Positions 48,101 through 62,584 of a stretch of 64,000 bases of DNA are shown piece after piece. The stretch's first letter is position 1; each line of letters starts with the position of its first letter. The translations under genes and the position numbers were made by a program. The DNA is taken from NCBI GenBank assembly GCA_014905635.1, contig JABVCE010000008.1:1178001-1242000 (forward strand), given 5' to 3'. This DNA comes from Scenedesmus sp. PABB004 (lineage: Eukaryota). The notes under the pieces were generated by a model that made no database searches, was not told where the DNA came from, and was given only the letters and a program-made list of their open reading frames with translations.

Positions 48101-50637
48101 TGCAGCCGCTGCTTCCTCCTTCCCCGCGGCCGCCACTCGCCGCCGGCCGCGCGCGGCGCGCGCTCGTCGCCGTCGCCGTCGCCGTCGCTGGTGAAGCACG
48201 GCGGCGGCGGCCCCCGCGGGCCCAGCCCCGCGAGCACCTCGCGCCAGCTGGGGCTGCCCGGCGCGGCGGCGTAGTCCCGGCGCAGCGGGCCGTCGTTCGC
48301 AATGAAGCCACGCCCATCCTCATCCATGCTCTCGCCGCCGTCCGCACTCCACTCGCTGCGCTCGCTCCCCTCACTCCACCCGCCGCCCCCACCGGCGGCG
48401 GCGCCCGAGGCCTCGCTGCCGCCGGGGCTGCCGGCCGCGTGCGCGAGGCGCTCCCGCCAGTCGCTCACGTAGTCGCCGTCGTCGTCCGCCGGCAGCCGCA
48501 GGCGCGGTGGGCCGAAGCCGCCGCCGCCGCCACCACCGGGCGCGCCGACAGCCACCAGCACGCGGCGGCGCCGCCGCGCGCCGTCCCCGCCGTCGCTGGC
48601 CGGCTTGCGCTTTTCGCGCCGCGGCGCCGCGCCTGCCGGCAGCAGCGCGGCCAGCCGCTGCTGGCGCGGCGCCGGCGCCGACCGCTGCGCCGCGGCCGGG
48701 GCGTCGAGCAGCGCGGCTGCGCGCTGCGCCGCAATGGCGGCGTCCGCGCAGCGCGCCTCCCGCAGCGCAAACTCCACCTCGGCAGCCAGCTCTGACGCCG
48801 ACCAGTCGGGCGCGGTGCCCGCCGCACTCACGCCCCGCAGCGCGGCGCTGAGCCGGGCGTGCGCCGAGCGCCGCGGGAGCTGGCCCTGCTGCGCGGCGGC
48901 GCGGCGCGGCGCGTCTGGTCCCGCGTCGTGCCGCGCTGGCGGCTGCTGCGCGCGGTCGCTGGGCGGCTGCAGCGCGGGTCGGGCCGGCCGCGCGACGCCC
49001 GGCCCGCGCACTGCCGGCCCGCCGACGCCGGGCGCCCAGAGCGCGCCGGGCGTGGCGGCGCGCTCGTCCCGAGGCGAGAAGCAGCCCGCCGGCGGCGGCG
49101 ACGCTGGCTGCCACACGACCGCCGCCGGCGCGGGCGGCGGCGCCGCGGCGGCGGCTGGCGGCGTCGGCGGCGGCGGCGGCGGCTCCTCCACCACGAGCGC
49201 CGCCCCGAGGCGCTGCTCCAGCGGCAGCTGCTGCTGCCCCGGCGGCAGGCGCGAGAGGCGGCAGCAGCCGGGTGCGGGATGGCTCAGGGCAAACGCGCCC
49301 GCCGCCGCGGTGCCGCCCCCGGCGGCCGCGAGCGCCGCCAGGGCGCCCGTGGCGCGCCAGGCGCACTGTAGCACCTGCGCCGCCTGCTCCTGGTCCAGGC
49401 CCCACACCTCAAGCACCAGCAGGCGCCGCAGCAGCGGCGCCGCGCTGCCGCCGAGGCGGTTGAGCAGCGCAGCAAAGAGCTCGGGCGGCCAGCCCGCAGC
49501 GGGCGGCTGCTGGCTGCCGCCGACGAGGCGCGCGAGGTCGGGCTGCGAGGGCTCGTCGCCCCAGTCCTGGCTCTCCGGCAGCGGCGGCAGCGGCTCCGCG
49601 GGCGGGCCGAGCTTGAGGCACTGCAGCTGCGCCAGCGCGAGGCTCGCGCCGGCGCGCTCGTCGCCGTCAGCGCCACCCGGGCCCGGCGGCGCGACCAGCC
49701 CCGAGAGCAGGTCCAGCAGGCGCAGCAGCTGCACGCCGCACATGCCTGTGGGCGGGGCGCGTGCGCGCGCCACTGAGCGGGCGGCGCCGGCGCGTGCGCC
49801 CGAGCCGCGCGCTGCGCGCGCTGGCGCGGCCGCGCCGCACCCGTGTGCTGCAGGCACAGCCCGCGCAGGCGCTCCGCCGCGAGCAGCAGCAGCGCGAGCT
49901 CCGCGTCGGGCACGCCCGCCGCGCCGGCGGCGCCGGAGCCGCGCCCGCCGGCGAGGGCGAGCCCGGGGTTGTGTGAGGCGTCGAGCCACTCCAGCGTGTA
50001 GAGCCAGGTCGGCGACACGCGGCCGCCCGTGAACATCGGGCCCAGCCAGTCGGCTGCGCGGGGCGAGGGAGGCGGACGGGGGCGTCGGCGGCTGCCCCGG
50101 GGGCGGGGGCGCTGGCGGCAGCGCCGGCACCCCGGCGGCGGCGCCGCACCTGCGCCGCGCGCGCGGATGCCGCAGCCCGCGACCACGAGGCGGCGCACGC
50201 AGTTGGTGCGCAGCAGCAGGCGCGCGAGCAGCTGCCAGCCCTCGGCGCCGAGCGGCTGGCCCGACAGGTCCAGCGTGCGCAGCGGGAAGGTCAGCAGCTT
50301 GCCCAGCAGCAGCTCCAGCAGGCCACGCAGCTGCCGGTGGCTCAGCGACGCCGGCGGCAGCTCCGCCGGCGGGCCCTGGTCGGCGGCGCCGCCCGCGGCG
50401 CACACGTCGCCGCCGCCATCTGCGGCGGCCCGCCGCGCCTCCTCCAGCAGCGAGGCCACGCAGAGGTCCACGCGGCCGCCGGGCGGCGCCGCGGCGGGGT
50501 CGACGCGGCACGCAAGCGAGCGCGGCAGGCGGCGGAGCGCTGCCGCAAGGTGCTCCTCCAGCGGGCGGCAGTGCTCGAGCTGCATGGCCCCCAGGCGCAG
50601 CAGGCCCTCGATCCGGGCGGGCGCGGGGCCGAGCCCC
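45174..50637 (-). CDS. Large protein with N-terminal RNI-like LRRs and long low-complexity/charged regions; function unknown, start codon uncertain
   Basis: LRTLDLSGQPLGAEGWQLLA, VRRLVVAGCGI, LEWLDASHNPGL, LRGLCLQHTGM; spliced frame continues to the stop at 45174; an acceptor near 50638 implies an upstream exon, otherwise ATG 50585. Confidence 0.65.
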
Positions 50638-50957
50638 TGAGCAGGGCGGCAGCGGCGGCGCACGCTCGCCGCTGCCGCGGGCGGCCGCGCAGCGGCGCGC
50701 CGCGGGGCTGTCGCGGGGAACGCTCTGCACTCGAGGCAGCCGGACTGCGCGCCGCTACGGGGGAAAGGGGAGCTGACCGCGGCGCGCGCGCGGCGATGTT
50801 TGAAGCGCGAATGACGGACGCGTGCGCAGAGGCAACGTTTCATCTCACAGGCGCTGCTCGCAGCAGCGCCCGACCGACCACGCACGCGGCACACGCCGCG
50901 CGGCTGCGCCTGCAGCCGCGCCGGCAGCGCGCCTGCGACGCCGCGCCGACGGCGCAC

Positions 50958-52051
50958 TCAGCCGCCGCGCTTGAGCGCCTCCAGCCGCGCGCGCACCTCG
51001 TCCGGCATGTCGTCCTCCTCCTCAAAGTCGTCGGCGGGCCGCTTGCGGCCGACCGGCGGGCCGCCGCCGCCGCCGCCGACGGGCGCCCACATCGTGCGGT
51101 TGGCCTCCACGCCCTCGCCCTCCGCCTCGGCGTCGTCCAGCGGCGTGTTCCACCAGATCGGGCCGCCAAACTTGCCGTCGCCGCTGGCGCAGCTGATGCA
51201 GCCGGTCTGCACGTCGGGCGTGACGCGCTGCTGCGCGGCGCGCAGGCGCAGCGGCACGCGGCAGTGGCTCGTCGTGCCGAAGTTGTGGTTGCCCTTCTGG
51301 ATGGCCAGCATGGAGCACAGCAGCTCGTAGCCCGGCTTGCGCCACTTGGCGATCAGCGGCCCGTCCACGATCTTTTCTCGGCACAGCCAGTCAAACTGCG
51401 GGCGGCGTGTGTGGGCGCGCGACGCGGCGCGCGGGCGGCGTGTCGGCGCGCGGCGCTGCCGTCGCGGGCCGGGGCGGCGCTGCTCCCTCGTGAGCTGCCA
51501 CGGAAGCCGCCGCGGCAGCCGCCGCCGCCGCGGGCCGCTGCCGCCGCTGCTGCCGCAGGCCGCTGCCGGCGCGGCTGCCGCCGCCGCCGTGGCTGCCGCT
51601 GCTTCAGGCCGCTGCGGCCGCTGCGCGCGCCGTGGGAGGCGCCGGCCGCCCCTTCTCTGCCGGCGCGCCACGCTGAGCCACGCCCGCGGCAGCAGCGACG
51701 GCGGCGGCGCCCCCGGCGGCGGCGGCAGCGGCGGCAGCAGCGGCGCCGGCCGGCGGCTCGCCGCGCCGCGCCCGCGGCCCCCGCCGCGCCGCCCGCTGCA
51801 GGCGGGGTCCAGCAACTCACCAGCTCGCGGCTCATGACCTTGCGCACGTACATGAGGTCGTAGATGAAGCGATTTTTCTCCCAGTGGATGCGGTGGATTT
51901 TCCAGTTGGCCTCGCACTTGCGCCGGCCCTCGTGCTCCTCGTTGACGGCGTCCTTCATCTGCGTCTCAAAGTCCTCCACCACCTCCTCGATCATGTCCCA
52001 GCCGGCCGGCGGCTTCTTGCCCTTGAGCTTGCGCTTCAGCGCCGAGCTCAT
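50958..52051 (-). CDS. BUD31: Divergent BUD31/G10 family protein with C-terminal extension (2 exons)
   Basis: KKPPAGWDMIE, HEGRRKCEANWKIHRIH..RFIYDLMY, DGPLIAKWRKPGYE, NFGTTSHCRVP; intron 51820-51396. Confidence 0.88.
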
Positions 52052-52679
52052 GGCGCCGGCACGCGCCCGGGCCGGCTGGCGGGGCCGCTGGGCCGGTGTG
52101 GAACAGGCTGGCACGCGCGCGCGGGCAGAGGCGGGGCGGGGCCGACGCGGGGCCGCGCGGGTGGGGCGCTGTGCGGGCGAGGGTGGCGCGTGCGGGCGCG
52201 GGGCGATGGTACCGTGCCGTCTCGACCGAGCGAGCGGCGCCCCGCGGTCTCTGCGCGCGGAGCGCTGGGTTCTGGCACAAACAATCGCGCCGCCGTGCGC
52301 CCTGGCCGGCATCGCTCCTCCCGTGCCGCGCAGCTCCACCGCGCCGCTGTCCCTCCGGCCCTCCGCGCAGAGCGCCCCGCCTAGTGACCCCGCTCGCCTG
52401 CCAGCCCAGGCGCCTGGGCATCACACGCGCCCCCAGCCCCCCACAGCCGCCCAGGGCCCCGCCCGGGCGCCCCCCCGGCACCGCCGCACGCCGGGCGGTC
52501 GCCGACCGGCGGCGCGGCAGCGGCGGCAGCGGCGGCGCGCCGCGCGGGGCCGCGGACGCGCGGCAGCAGCTGGTGCTGCTGCCGGTGCTCGCGGCGCCGC
52601 CGCCAGCGCCAGCGCCGGGCGCGAGGCGGCGCGGCGGCGAGGCCCGCCGCCGGCCCCGTGCGCGGGCGCAGCCGGCGGC

Positions 52680-54759
52680 ATGGCGTCGGACGTGCGCGGC
52701 GCGGCGTTTGACGCCGTCCGCGTGCTGCTCTGGTGGGCGCTCGCGCTCGCTGCGGCCGGCCTGGGCCTCTACTACCGGCGCAGCCGGCGCAGCGGGTGGA
52801 CGCTGTACCGCCTCATCGCCGCGACGATCGCGTGCCAGACCGCGTACGCGACGATGTGGGCCGCCCACAACGGCGTCGTGCGCGGGTCGGGGCTCGGCGC
52901 GCTCTCCGACACCCTCTACCGCGTCTGCATCCCCCTTGACCAGGCCGCGACCGCGTCGTTCATGGTGCGCCCCGCGCCCGCGCCGCCGCGCCGCCGCGTG
53001 GGCGATTGCATGCATGCATATGCGCGGGCGGGCGCGCGCGGGGACAGGGGACAGCAGTGCGCGCCGCCGCCGCCAGCCCGCCGGCCCGACGCGGCCGCCG
53101 TGCCCGCGTGCGCAGGGCCTGCTGCTCGTGCTCGCGAGCGGCTACTGCATCACGCGCAGCAACTTTGGCGAGTACCGGCTGCAGGTGCTGGGCATTCCGC
53201 CCCTGCTCTTCGCGACGGGCGTGGTGCGCGCAGCGCGGCGCGCCGCGCCGCGCGCCGGCCCTCCCTCGCCTCGGGCCGCCCCGCGCCGCCGCCCGCGCGC
53301 GCGCCCGCCCACGTGCGCCGCCGCCCTCGTCCCCGCGCCCCTGCCCAGGTCACGCAGTACATCAACTTCCAGCTGCTCGAGGCGAGCACCGACCAGCTCG
53401 ACGTGCTCGAGTTTGCGGGGTGGGAGGCGGGCCTGTTTGCGGTGTGCACGTTCCTCAACGTCGCCGCCTTCCTCTTCTGGGTGGTCTACATCTTTGAGAT
53501 CATCCAGGCAGAGGTCGACGCGCTGCGCGCGCAGCAGGAGGTGCGCGCGCTGCGCGCGCGCTGTGTGCGCGCGTGCGTGCGGCCGGAGCGACAGGGCGCT
53601 GCGCCGCGCCGACCCCGCGCCGACCCCGCGCCGACGCCGCGCCGCCCTGCCCGCGCCGCAGCTCAACCTCGTGCGCAGCGCCGCGCCGAGCGCGACGGTG
53701 GCGCCCTTCCCCGACGGCGCGGCGCCGCGCGCACCCGCGGCGCCGCTCGACCCCTGGTCGCTCGCGCCGCCGTCGCGCGGCGGCGCGCCGGCCGACCGCA
53801 GCGGGCTCTCCAGCGACCCGCACGCCGCGCCGCCGCCGGGCGTCGACCCCGACTGGGCGCGCGCCGCGGCGGAGGAGGGCGTCGTCGCGTACAAAAACCT
53901 GCTGGGCCCGGCGCAGAACATGAGCCACGTCCCGGGCGCCGACGCGGAGGCGCAGGAGATCACGACCGTGGTGGACATGGTCAACTTTGAGACCAAGCGC
54001 GCGATGTACCGGCGCTTCAGCACCGGCTTTGCCGTGTTCATGGTCGCCCAGCTCTGCGTCATCCTCGCGCCCGTGTTCATCCTCGACGTCGTGCAGGAGG
54101 TCATCACCGCGTTCCAGGCGGCCGTCGTGTACGCCTACCTCGCCGCGCTGCTCTGGCTCTTCCGCCCCGCCGCCGAGTCGCCGTACCTGCTCATGGACGA
54201 TGACGTGAGCCACCTCGACACCGCGCTCGGCGTCGTCGGCGACGACGGCGACGGCGACGGCGACGGCGGCGCGGGGCGCGGGCGGCACAGCGCCGAGGCC
54301 GACGCGGAGGAGGCGGCCGCGGTCGCGGCGGCGGCCGCGCGCGGCCGCGCCGCGCGCGCCGCCGTCGAGCTCGCGGCGGTCGGCAAGCACGGCGGCGGCG
54401 GCGCCGCCGACCGCGAGCGCGGGCGGGACCAGAGCGGCGGCGGCGGCGTGCTGCCAGTGAGCCGCAGCGCGCAGGACCTCAACCCTGCCACACCGGCGGC
54501 GGCCGGCGGCGCGAGCAGCGCGGCGGCGATGGCGGCGCTCGTCGGCGACTTGCCCGTGCGGCTGCCGGCGATCCGCACCAGCGTGGGCGGCGCGCCGGGC
54601 GGCGCCGCCGCGCAGGCGGCGCAGCGGCCGGCGGCGGCGCCCGCGCCAGCGCCCGCGCCAGGCGCACTGGCGGCGGCGAGCTCCCACTTTTCGCTGGACG
54701 GGGACGACGAGCTGCACGAGGTCACGCTGCACACGTCGCCGCCGCAAAAGCGCGACTGA
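52680..54759 (+). CDS. GPR107/GPR108/TMEM87-like seven-transmembrane protein (4 exons traced)
   Basis: About 7 hydrophobic helices; LLLVLASGYCITR, KRAMYRRF, LWLFRPAAESPYLLMDDD resemble the GOST family; start uncertain. Confidence 0.65.
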
Positions 54760-55111
54760 GCTGGCGGGGGGCGCGCGAGCTGTTGCTGTTGACGCCGCGC
54801 CGCGACGGCGCGCCGAGTGAGTGTGTGTGCTGAGGAGGAGAGCCGGGGAAACGTGTCCAACGCCGTTGCAGGCGCGCCCGCTCGACCGCCAGGCCCCGCC
54901 AGGCCCCGCCCGCAGGCCAGCTGGCCGCTGACTGGTGGCCATGTACACGCAGCGGCGCTGTCACAGGCAGCAGCGGAGGGAACCACAGGCCCACGCGTGT
55001 CGCTCAATCCCCCGCCCCCGCTCCTCCCGTGCTGGCTGACTCGCCCAGAGAGCCGCGCGGCGCGGCGGCAGCCGCTGCTACCGCCGCCGCCGCGCGCCCC
55101 GCGGGCGGCTG

Positions 55112-56579
<1,468 letters not shown>

Positions 56580-56936
56580 TCAGGGGGCCGGGCTGGGCTG
56601 CCGAGGGCTGCGGGCTGCGCGTGTGCAGGGCGCGACGGCGTTCGGCGCTGGGTGGCCTGGGTGTTTGTTTGTTGCTGGGGAGCGTCGGCCTCAGCGGGCA
56701 GCACGGCGTCAGGGCAGGCCGGCGAGCGGGCGCGCGAGGGCGGCGGCGACTGATGGAGCGCCGCCGTCTGCGCAGCTGCCTGCACATCAATCCCATCCGC
56801 CCTGGGGCGCCCACAGTCCGCCCCCGCGCGCGCTGCAGCTCACGACCGGGCAGGCCCCTCGCTGCGGGGACGAGCGCGCGCGGCAGCAGCAGCAGCGGCG
56901 AGCGCCGGCCGGCGGCGGCGCCGCGCGGCGCCCGCC

Positions 56937-59900
56937 ATGGGCGGCGGCGGGGCGCTGCCGGAGGGGGACAAGCAGGTGCGCCGCTGGCGACCGCCGGCGC
57001 GGCGCGGGGGGGGGGGGGGGGGGCGCTGCCCAGCCGCCGCGCCGCGACAAGCCGCGACAAGCCGCGACGCCGCCGACCGCAGGTCCCCCGCCTCACGGCG
57101 GTGCTGCGCGCGCTCGCGACCGACCACGGCGTGGCGTTTGATGCCGACGCCGCCTTCATCGCGCGCCAGGCGGTGCTCGCGCGCCGCCTCGGCGACCGCG
57201 CCGGCGGCGCCGCGCCGGCCGGCGTCGGCCGTGCGCGCCTCGCGGGGGCGCTGCTGGGCGACTGGTCGGCAGGTGCGGGCGCAGGGGCGCGCTGCGCGCG
57301 CCGCCCGCGCGGTGGGGCGGCCGCCGACGCGGCCACCGGCCCGCCGCCGCCGCGCAGCGCCCAAGGCAGCGCGCGACGACTGGGACGAGTACCTTGGCGC
57401 GGTGCGGCAGCTGCTGGGCGGCGACGTGGCGTCGGACGAGCTCGCAGACGCGGTGCAGCAGGTGGGGAGGGGTTGCCCCCGGCTGTGGGCTGGGGCGCTG
57501 GCAGCGCTGGCAGCGCGCCGTGCCGTGCCGCTGCGTGCGCGCTGACAGCGCAGCCCCTGCCGCCACTGCCACCGCGTCCGCCGCGGCGCGCAGGTGTGGG
57601 ACGCGCTGCTGCCGCTGCCCGCGCCCGACAAGCTGCCGCCGGCGGGGCACATGCAGGAGCGCGAGCTGCAGCCGCACACCGCCGCGCTCGGCGGCCTCCC
57701 GTGCTGCGCGGGCGCGCGCCTGTCGCCGGCGGGCGTGGCCAAGGCTGTGCTGGCCGCCGGCCGCCTGCGCGGCTGGCAGCAGGGGCTCAACCCCGGCGGC
57801 GGCGCCGGCGGCGCCAAGGGCGGCGCCGCGCCCAGCGGCGCGGCGGCGCTGGCGCTGTCGCAGCAGCTGGCGGGGCTGTCGCTGCTGCCGCAGGAGTTTG
57901 GCGCGGGGCTGCAGATAAGCATGCCCGAGGGGCCCCGGGCGCTCGCGTGGTTCCTGCGCGGCAGCGGCGACGGCGCCGGCAGCGACGGCCAGCAGCACGG
58001 CGCGCAGCGGCAGGCCGCGGCGGCGGCGGCCGCGGCGGCCGGCCTCGCGGCCACGCCCGCGGAGCTGCGGCAGCTGTTTGCCGCAGGCGCCGCCGCCGAC
58101 GACCTGGGCTGGGACGGCGGCGCCGCCGGCGCCAGCGCCGGCGCCGGCGGCGGGGTTGACGAGGTGGACGTGGACATCGACAGCGACGACGAGCGCAAGG
58201 GGCGCGGCAAGAAGGTGGCCCGCCGCCGCCGGCGGGGCGCCGCGCGGGTCAACGGGCCGCGCCGCGCCGCGCCGCGCCGCGCCGCGCCGCGCCGTCCTAG
58301 CCCGCCACCAACGCGCGCCGCTGCCGCGCTGTGCACGCGCGGCCTTCGCGGCCCAGGTTGGCCTTGCCTGGCTCAACCGCTGGGCCGCGAGCTGCGCGGG
58401 CAAGGACCAGGCGCCCGTGCTGTGCCTCTCCATCGCGAGCCAGCTCGTGGCGGCGGAGCAGACGGAGCTCGGCGACGACCTGCTCGCGGCGCAGCTGCTC
58501 GACCTGCTCGGCGACGCCGCGTTTGACCAGGTCGGCGTGCTGCTGGAGCGCCGGTGAGCGCGCGGCGTGGGCGGGCGCGGGCCGGAGAGAGCCGGAGCGA
58601 GCCGCCCGCGCGGCGCGGTGCCGGCGGCGCGCGGCGCGCGGCGCGGCGCCGACGGGTCGTCCGCGCGCCCGCCGCCGCAGGCGCGACCTGTTTGCCGCCA
58701 TCCGCGCCGGCCTCGCCAAGCTCGCGGGTCCCGACTTCCCGGGCGGCGCCGGCGCCGAGGCGGCGCCGGGCGGGCCGATGCCGCGGCTGGGGCCGAGCGT
58801 AACCATCACAAGCAGCAGCGCAAAGCTCATGGCAAAGCTCGAGCGCAAGCAAGCCCGCCGCGGCGGCGGCGCCGGCGGCGCGGCGGCGCCCGGCGCGGGT
58901 GCGCGCGGCGCGGCGCGGCGGGGTGCCGCGCGCGCGCGCGCGCGCGGGTCAAGCAGCTCACGCCGGCGGCGGCCCGCGCGCAGACCTGGACGCCGAGCTG
59001 GACCTGCTGCAGAGCCTGGCCTGGGACGAGCTGCTCGCAACCGAGGTGCGCCGCCGCGGGCGCTGCCGGCGCGCGCGGGCGCTGCCGGCGCTCGCGGGGG
59101 CGCTCTGCGCCGGGCGCGCGCGTGCAGCGCAGCTGCCGCCGCGCCGAGCGCCGAGCGCCGAGCGCCCGCCGCTGGCGGCCCCTCTGCCGCAGGTCGGGGC
59201 CAAGGACCGCAGCGGCGGCACGCTCGAGCTCGGCGGCATGACCTTCACCATGGCCGACACCGCCGGCGGCCTCGCCACGCGCGGCGTGCTGCCCAAGGGC
59301 ACCAAGCGCACGTGCGCCGCGCCGCCGCCGCCGCGTCGCCGCCGCCGCCGCCGGCGCCGCCGGTGGCCCCTGCGCGCGCGCTCACTGCCGCCGCCGCCGG
59401 TGGCCCCTGCGCGCGCGCTCACTGCCTGCCGCCACATCCGCCAACCTCCCTGGCGCTCCCTCCCCTGCCCGCCCGCCTTCCTGCCCGCCTGCCTGCCTGT
59501 GTGTGCGTGCAGCAACCACAAGGGCTACGAGGAGGTCAGCGTCCCCGCGGTCGCGGGCCTGCCGCCGCCGGGGCCGGACGAGCTCGTCCCGGTCGCGAGC
59601 CTGGAGCCCTGGGCGCAGAAGGCGTTCCCGGGGTACAAGACGCTGAACCGCATACAGAGTCGCATCTTCCCGACCGCCTTCTTCAGGTGCGGGGAAAGCC
59701 GCCCGCGCGCCGCCCGCGCCACCTGCACGGCGCGCTCGCGGGGCGCCCGACGGCGCGGCCGCGCCTGCCGCGGCCCTCACGCCTGCCTGCGTGCTGCGTG
59801 CTGCGCCGGCGCGGCGCGGCGCGGCGCGGCGCAGCAACGAGAACCTGCTCGTCTGCGCGCCGACGGGCGCGGGCAAGACCAACATCGCGATGATCGCGGT

Positions 59901-60905
59901 GCTGCGCGAGGTGGCGGCCAACATGGCGCACGGCGTCATCGCGCGCGATGCGTTCAAGGCGCGCACCCGCACCCGCCGCACCCGCCGCACCCGCGGCCGC
60001 CGCGCGGCCTAAAACCTCCCGCACGCCACACACCGCGCGCGCACACGCCCGCGCACACGCACACGCACACGCACGTGCCTCACACGCACCACGCACCCAC
60101 GCCCCGCGGCAGATCGTGTACGTCGCGCCCATGAAGGCGCTCGCGGCCGAGGTGGTGGCCAACTTTGGGAAGCGACTCGCGCCGCTCGGCCTCACCGTGC
60201 GCGAGCTCACCGGTGCGCGCGGCATGGCGCCGCCGTGCGCTCCCTGCCCCGCCCCGCCCCGTCGCCGACCCCGCACGCCTCTGCTCCCCTCTGCCCCCGC
60301 CGCCCGCATCGCCGCGCGACAACACCCCCCCCCCCCCCCCCCACACACACACCCACACACCCACACCCCACCCACACTCACACGCCCCGCGCCGCGCCGC
60401 ACAACCTCGCCCCCTCCCGCCAGGCGACATGCAGCTGAGCAAGCGCGAGCTGGCTGGCACGCAGATGATCGTGACGACGCCGGAGAAGTGGGACGTCATC
60501 ACGCGCAAGGGCGGCGACGTCGCGGTCGCGTCGCTCGTGCGCCTGCTCATCATCGACGAGGTAGCCGCGGGGGCTGCCCGCGATGGGGGGGAGGGGGGGG
60601 TGCTGTGCGGCGCTTCGCAGGCGCCGCGCGAGGCCCGGCGCGCCGCCGCCGCTGCCTCGGGGCGTGCGCCGCGCGCAGCCCCGGCCCCTACTCCCCTGAC
60701 CCCTCCCGACTCCCCCCCGGGGGCGCACCACCGCCGCCGCGCCAGGTGCACCTGCTGAACGACGAGCGCGGCCCCGTGATTGAGACGCTCATCGCGCGCA
60801 CGCTGCGACAGGTGACGCGCCGCGCCGCGCCGCGCCGCGCGCGCCGCCGCACAGCGCGCGCCTCGCTCCCACACCCCTCCTCACCCCACGCTCCTCACCC
60901 TCCAC

Positions 60906-60943
<38 letters not shown>

Positions 60944-62553
60944 ACACACACACCCGCCCCCAGGTTGAGAGCAGCCAGAGCATGATCCGCATCGTCGGCC
61001 TCAGCGCCACGCTGCCCAACTACCAGGACGTCGCGTCCTTCCTCCGCGTCAACCACGCGACGGGGCTCTTCCACTTTGACGCGACCTACAGGTGAAGAGA
61101 CTCTGCCGCCGCGCCCGCCGCACGCCGCGCGCCACGCGCCGCACGCCGCACGCCGCACGCCGCACGCCGCACGCCGCACGCCGCACGCCGCACGCCGCAC
61201 GCCGCACGCCGCACTCGCCGCAACACGCCGCAACACGCCGCACGCCGCACGCCGCATGCCGCACCCGCCGCGCGCCGCGTCAAGACTGGCCTCGCGCGCG
61301 CACACGCGCCGACGCCGCGCCGGGCCGCCCGCCGCGCCGTCCGCACCGCGCGCGCGCAGGCCTGTCCCGCTGGCGATGACGTTTTGCGGCGTGACTGTGG
61401 CCAACATGATGGCGCGCAACAGCATGATGAACCAGATTGCATACGACAAGGCACGCCGCGCGCTCGGTGGCACCGGGGGGGGGGGGGGCACGCCTGGCCG
61501 GCCGCGCTGGCGCGCGCCCACGCCCACGCCGCCACCGCGCCGCGCCCTCACGTGTGCCCCCCCCCCACCCCCCGTCTCTCCTGTCTCAACACACAGGTGG
61601 TTGACAGCCTCAAGCGCGGCTACCAGGTCATGGTCTTCGTGCACAGCCGCAAGGACACGGGTGCGCGTGTGAACCGCGCGCGCGTGTCGGCGCGTGTGTG
61701 TCGGCGCGTGCGTGTGCAGCACAGCACGGCCCGCCGCCCAAGCGCCCGTGCTGCCCCCCCCCCCCTGTGGCCACCTGTAGGCAAGACGGGGCGCATCCTG
61801 GCTGAGCTCGCGGCCAAGGCGGGCGAGAGCCACCTGTTTGAGCCGGAGCCAACCGGCGAGGACCCGCGGCGAGGGCTGGCAGTCAAGGAGGTCAACAAGT
61901 GGGTACAGGCCTAAACCCTAAACCCTGCGCGGGTCCCACGCCGGCCGCTGCCGCCGCGCTGCAGCGCCGCGGCTTGTGCCGGGGGGCTCGCCCGCGCTCG
62001 CGCGGCGCCCGCGAGGTTTGGAGTGCTTGCGGCGGGGCGGGCCGACCCCGCGCCGCCGCCGCGCCGCCGCCGCCGCGTGCCGTGTGCCGTGTGCCGCGCG
62101 CCGCGCCGCAGGTCGCGCAACCGCGAGCTGCAGGAGCTCTTCCAGAGCGGGCTGGGGCTGCACCACGCGGGCATGCTGCGCAGCGACCGCACGCTCACCG
62201 AGCGCCTCTTCGCCGACGGCTGGATCAAGGCGCGCCCGCCGCCTGGGCGCCTGCCCGCCCGCCCGCCGGCCCCCGCGGGCGGACGCATGATGGCTGACGC
62301 GCGCCCCGGCCGCGCCGGTGCGCGCGCAGGTGCTGTGCTGCACGGCCACGCTCGCGTGGGGCGTCAACCTGCCGGCGCACACCGTGGTCATCAAGGGCAC
62401 GCAGGCGCGCGCGCCCGCGCGGCGCGCGTGGGAGGGAGCGCGCGCGAGTCACACGTTCGCAGCCACCTTCGCCGCCTCGCCCGCGCCCACTGCCGCCGTG
62501 GCCGGCACGCTGACCGTGCGCCGCGCCCGCGCCTGCTCCCGCGCCCGCTCCCG

Positions 62554-62584
<31 letters not shown>

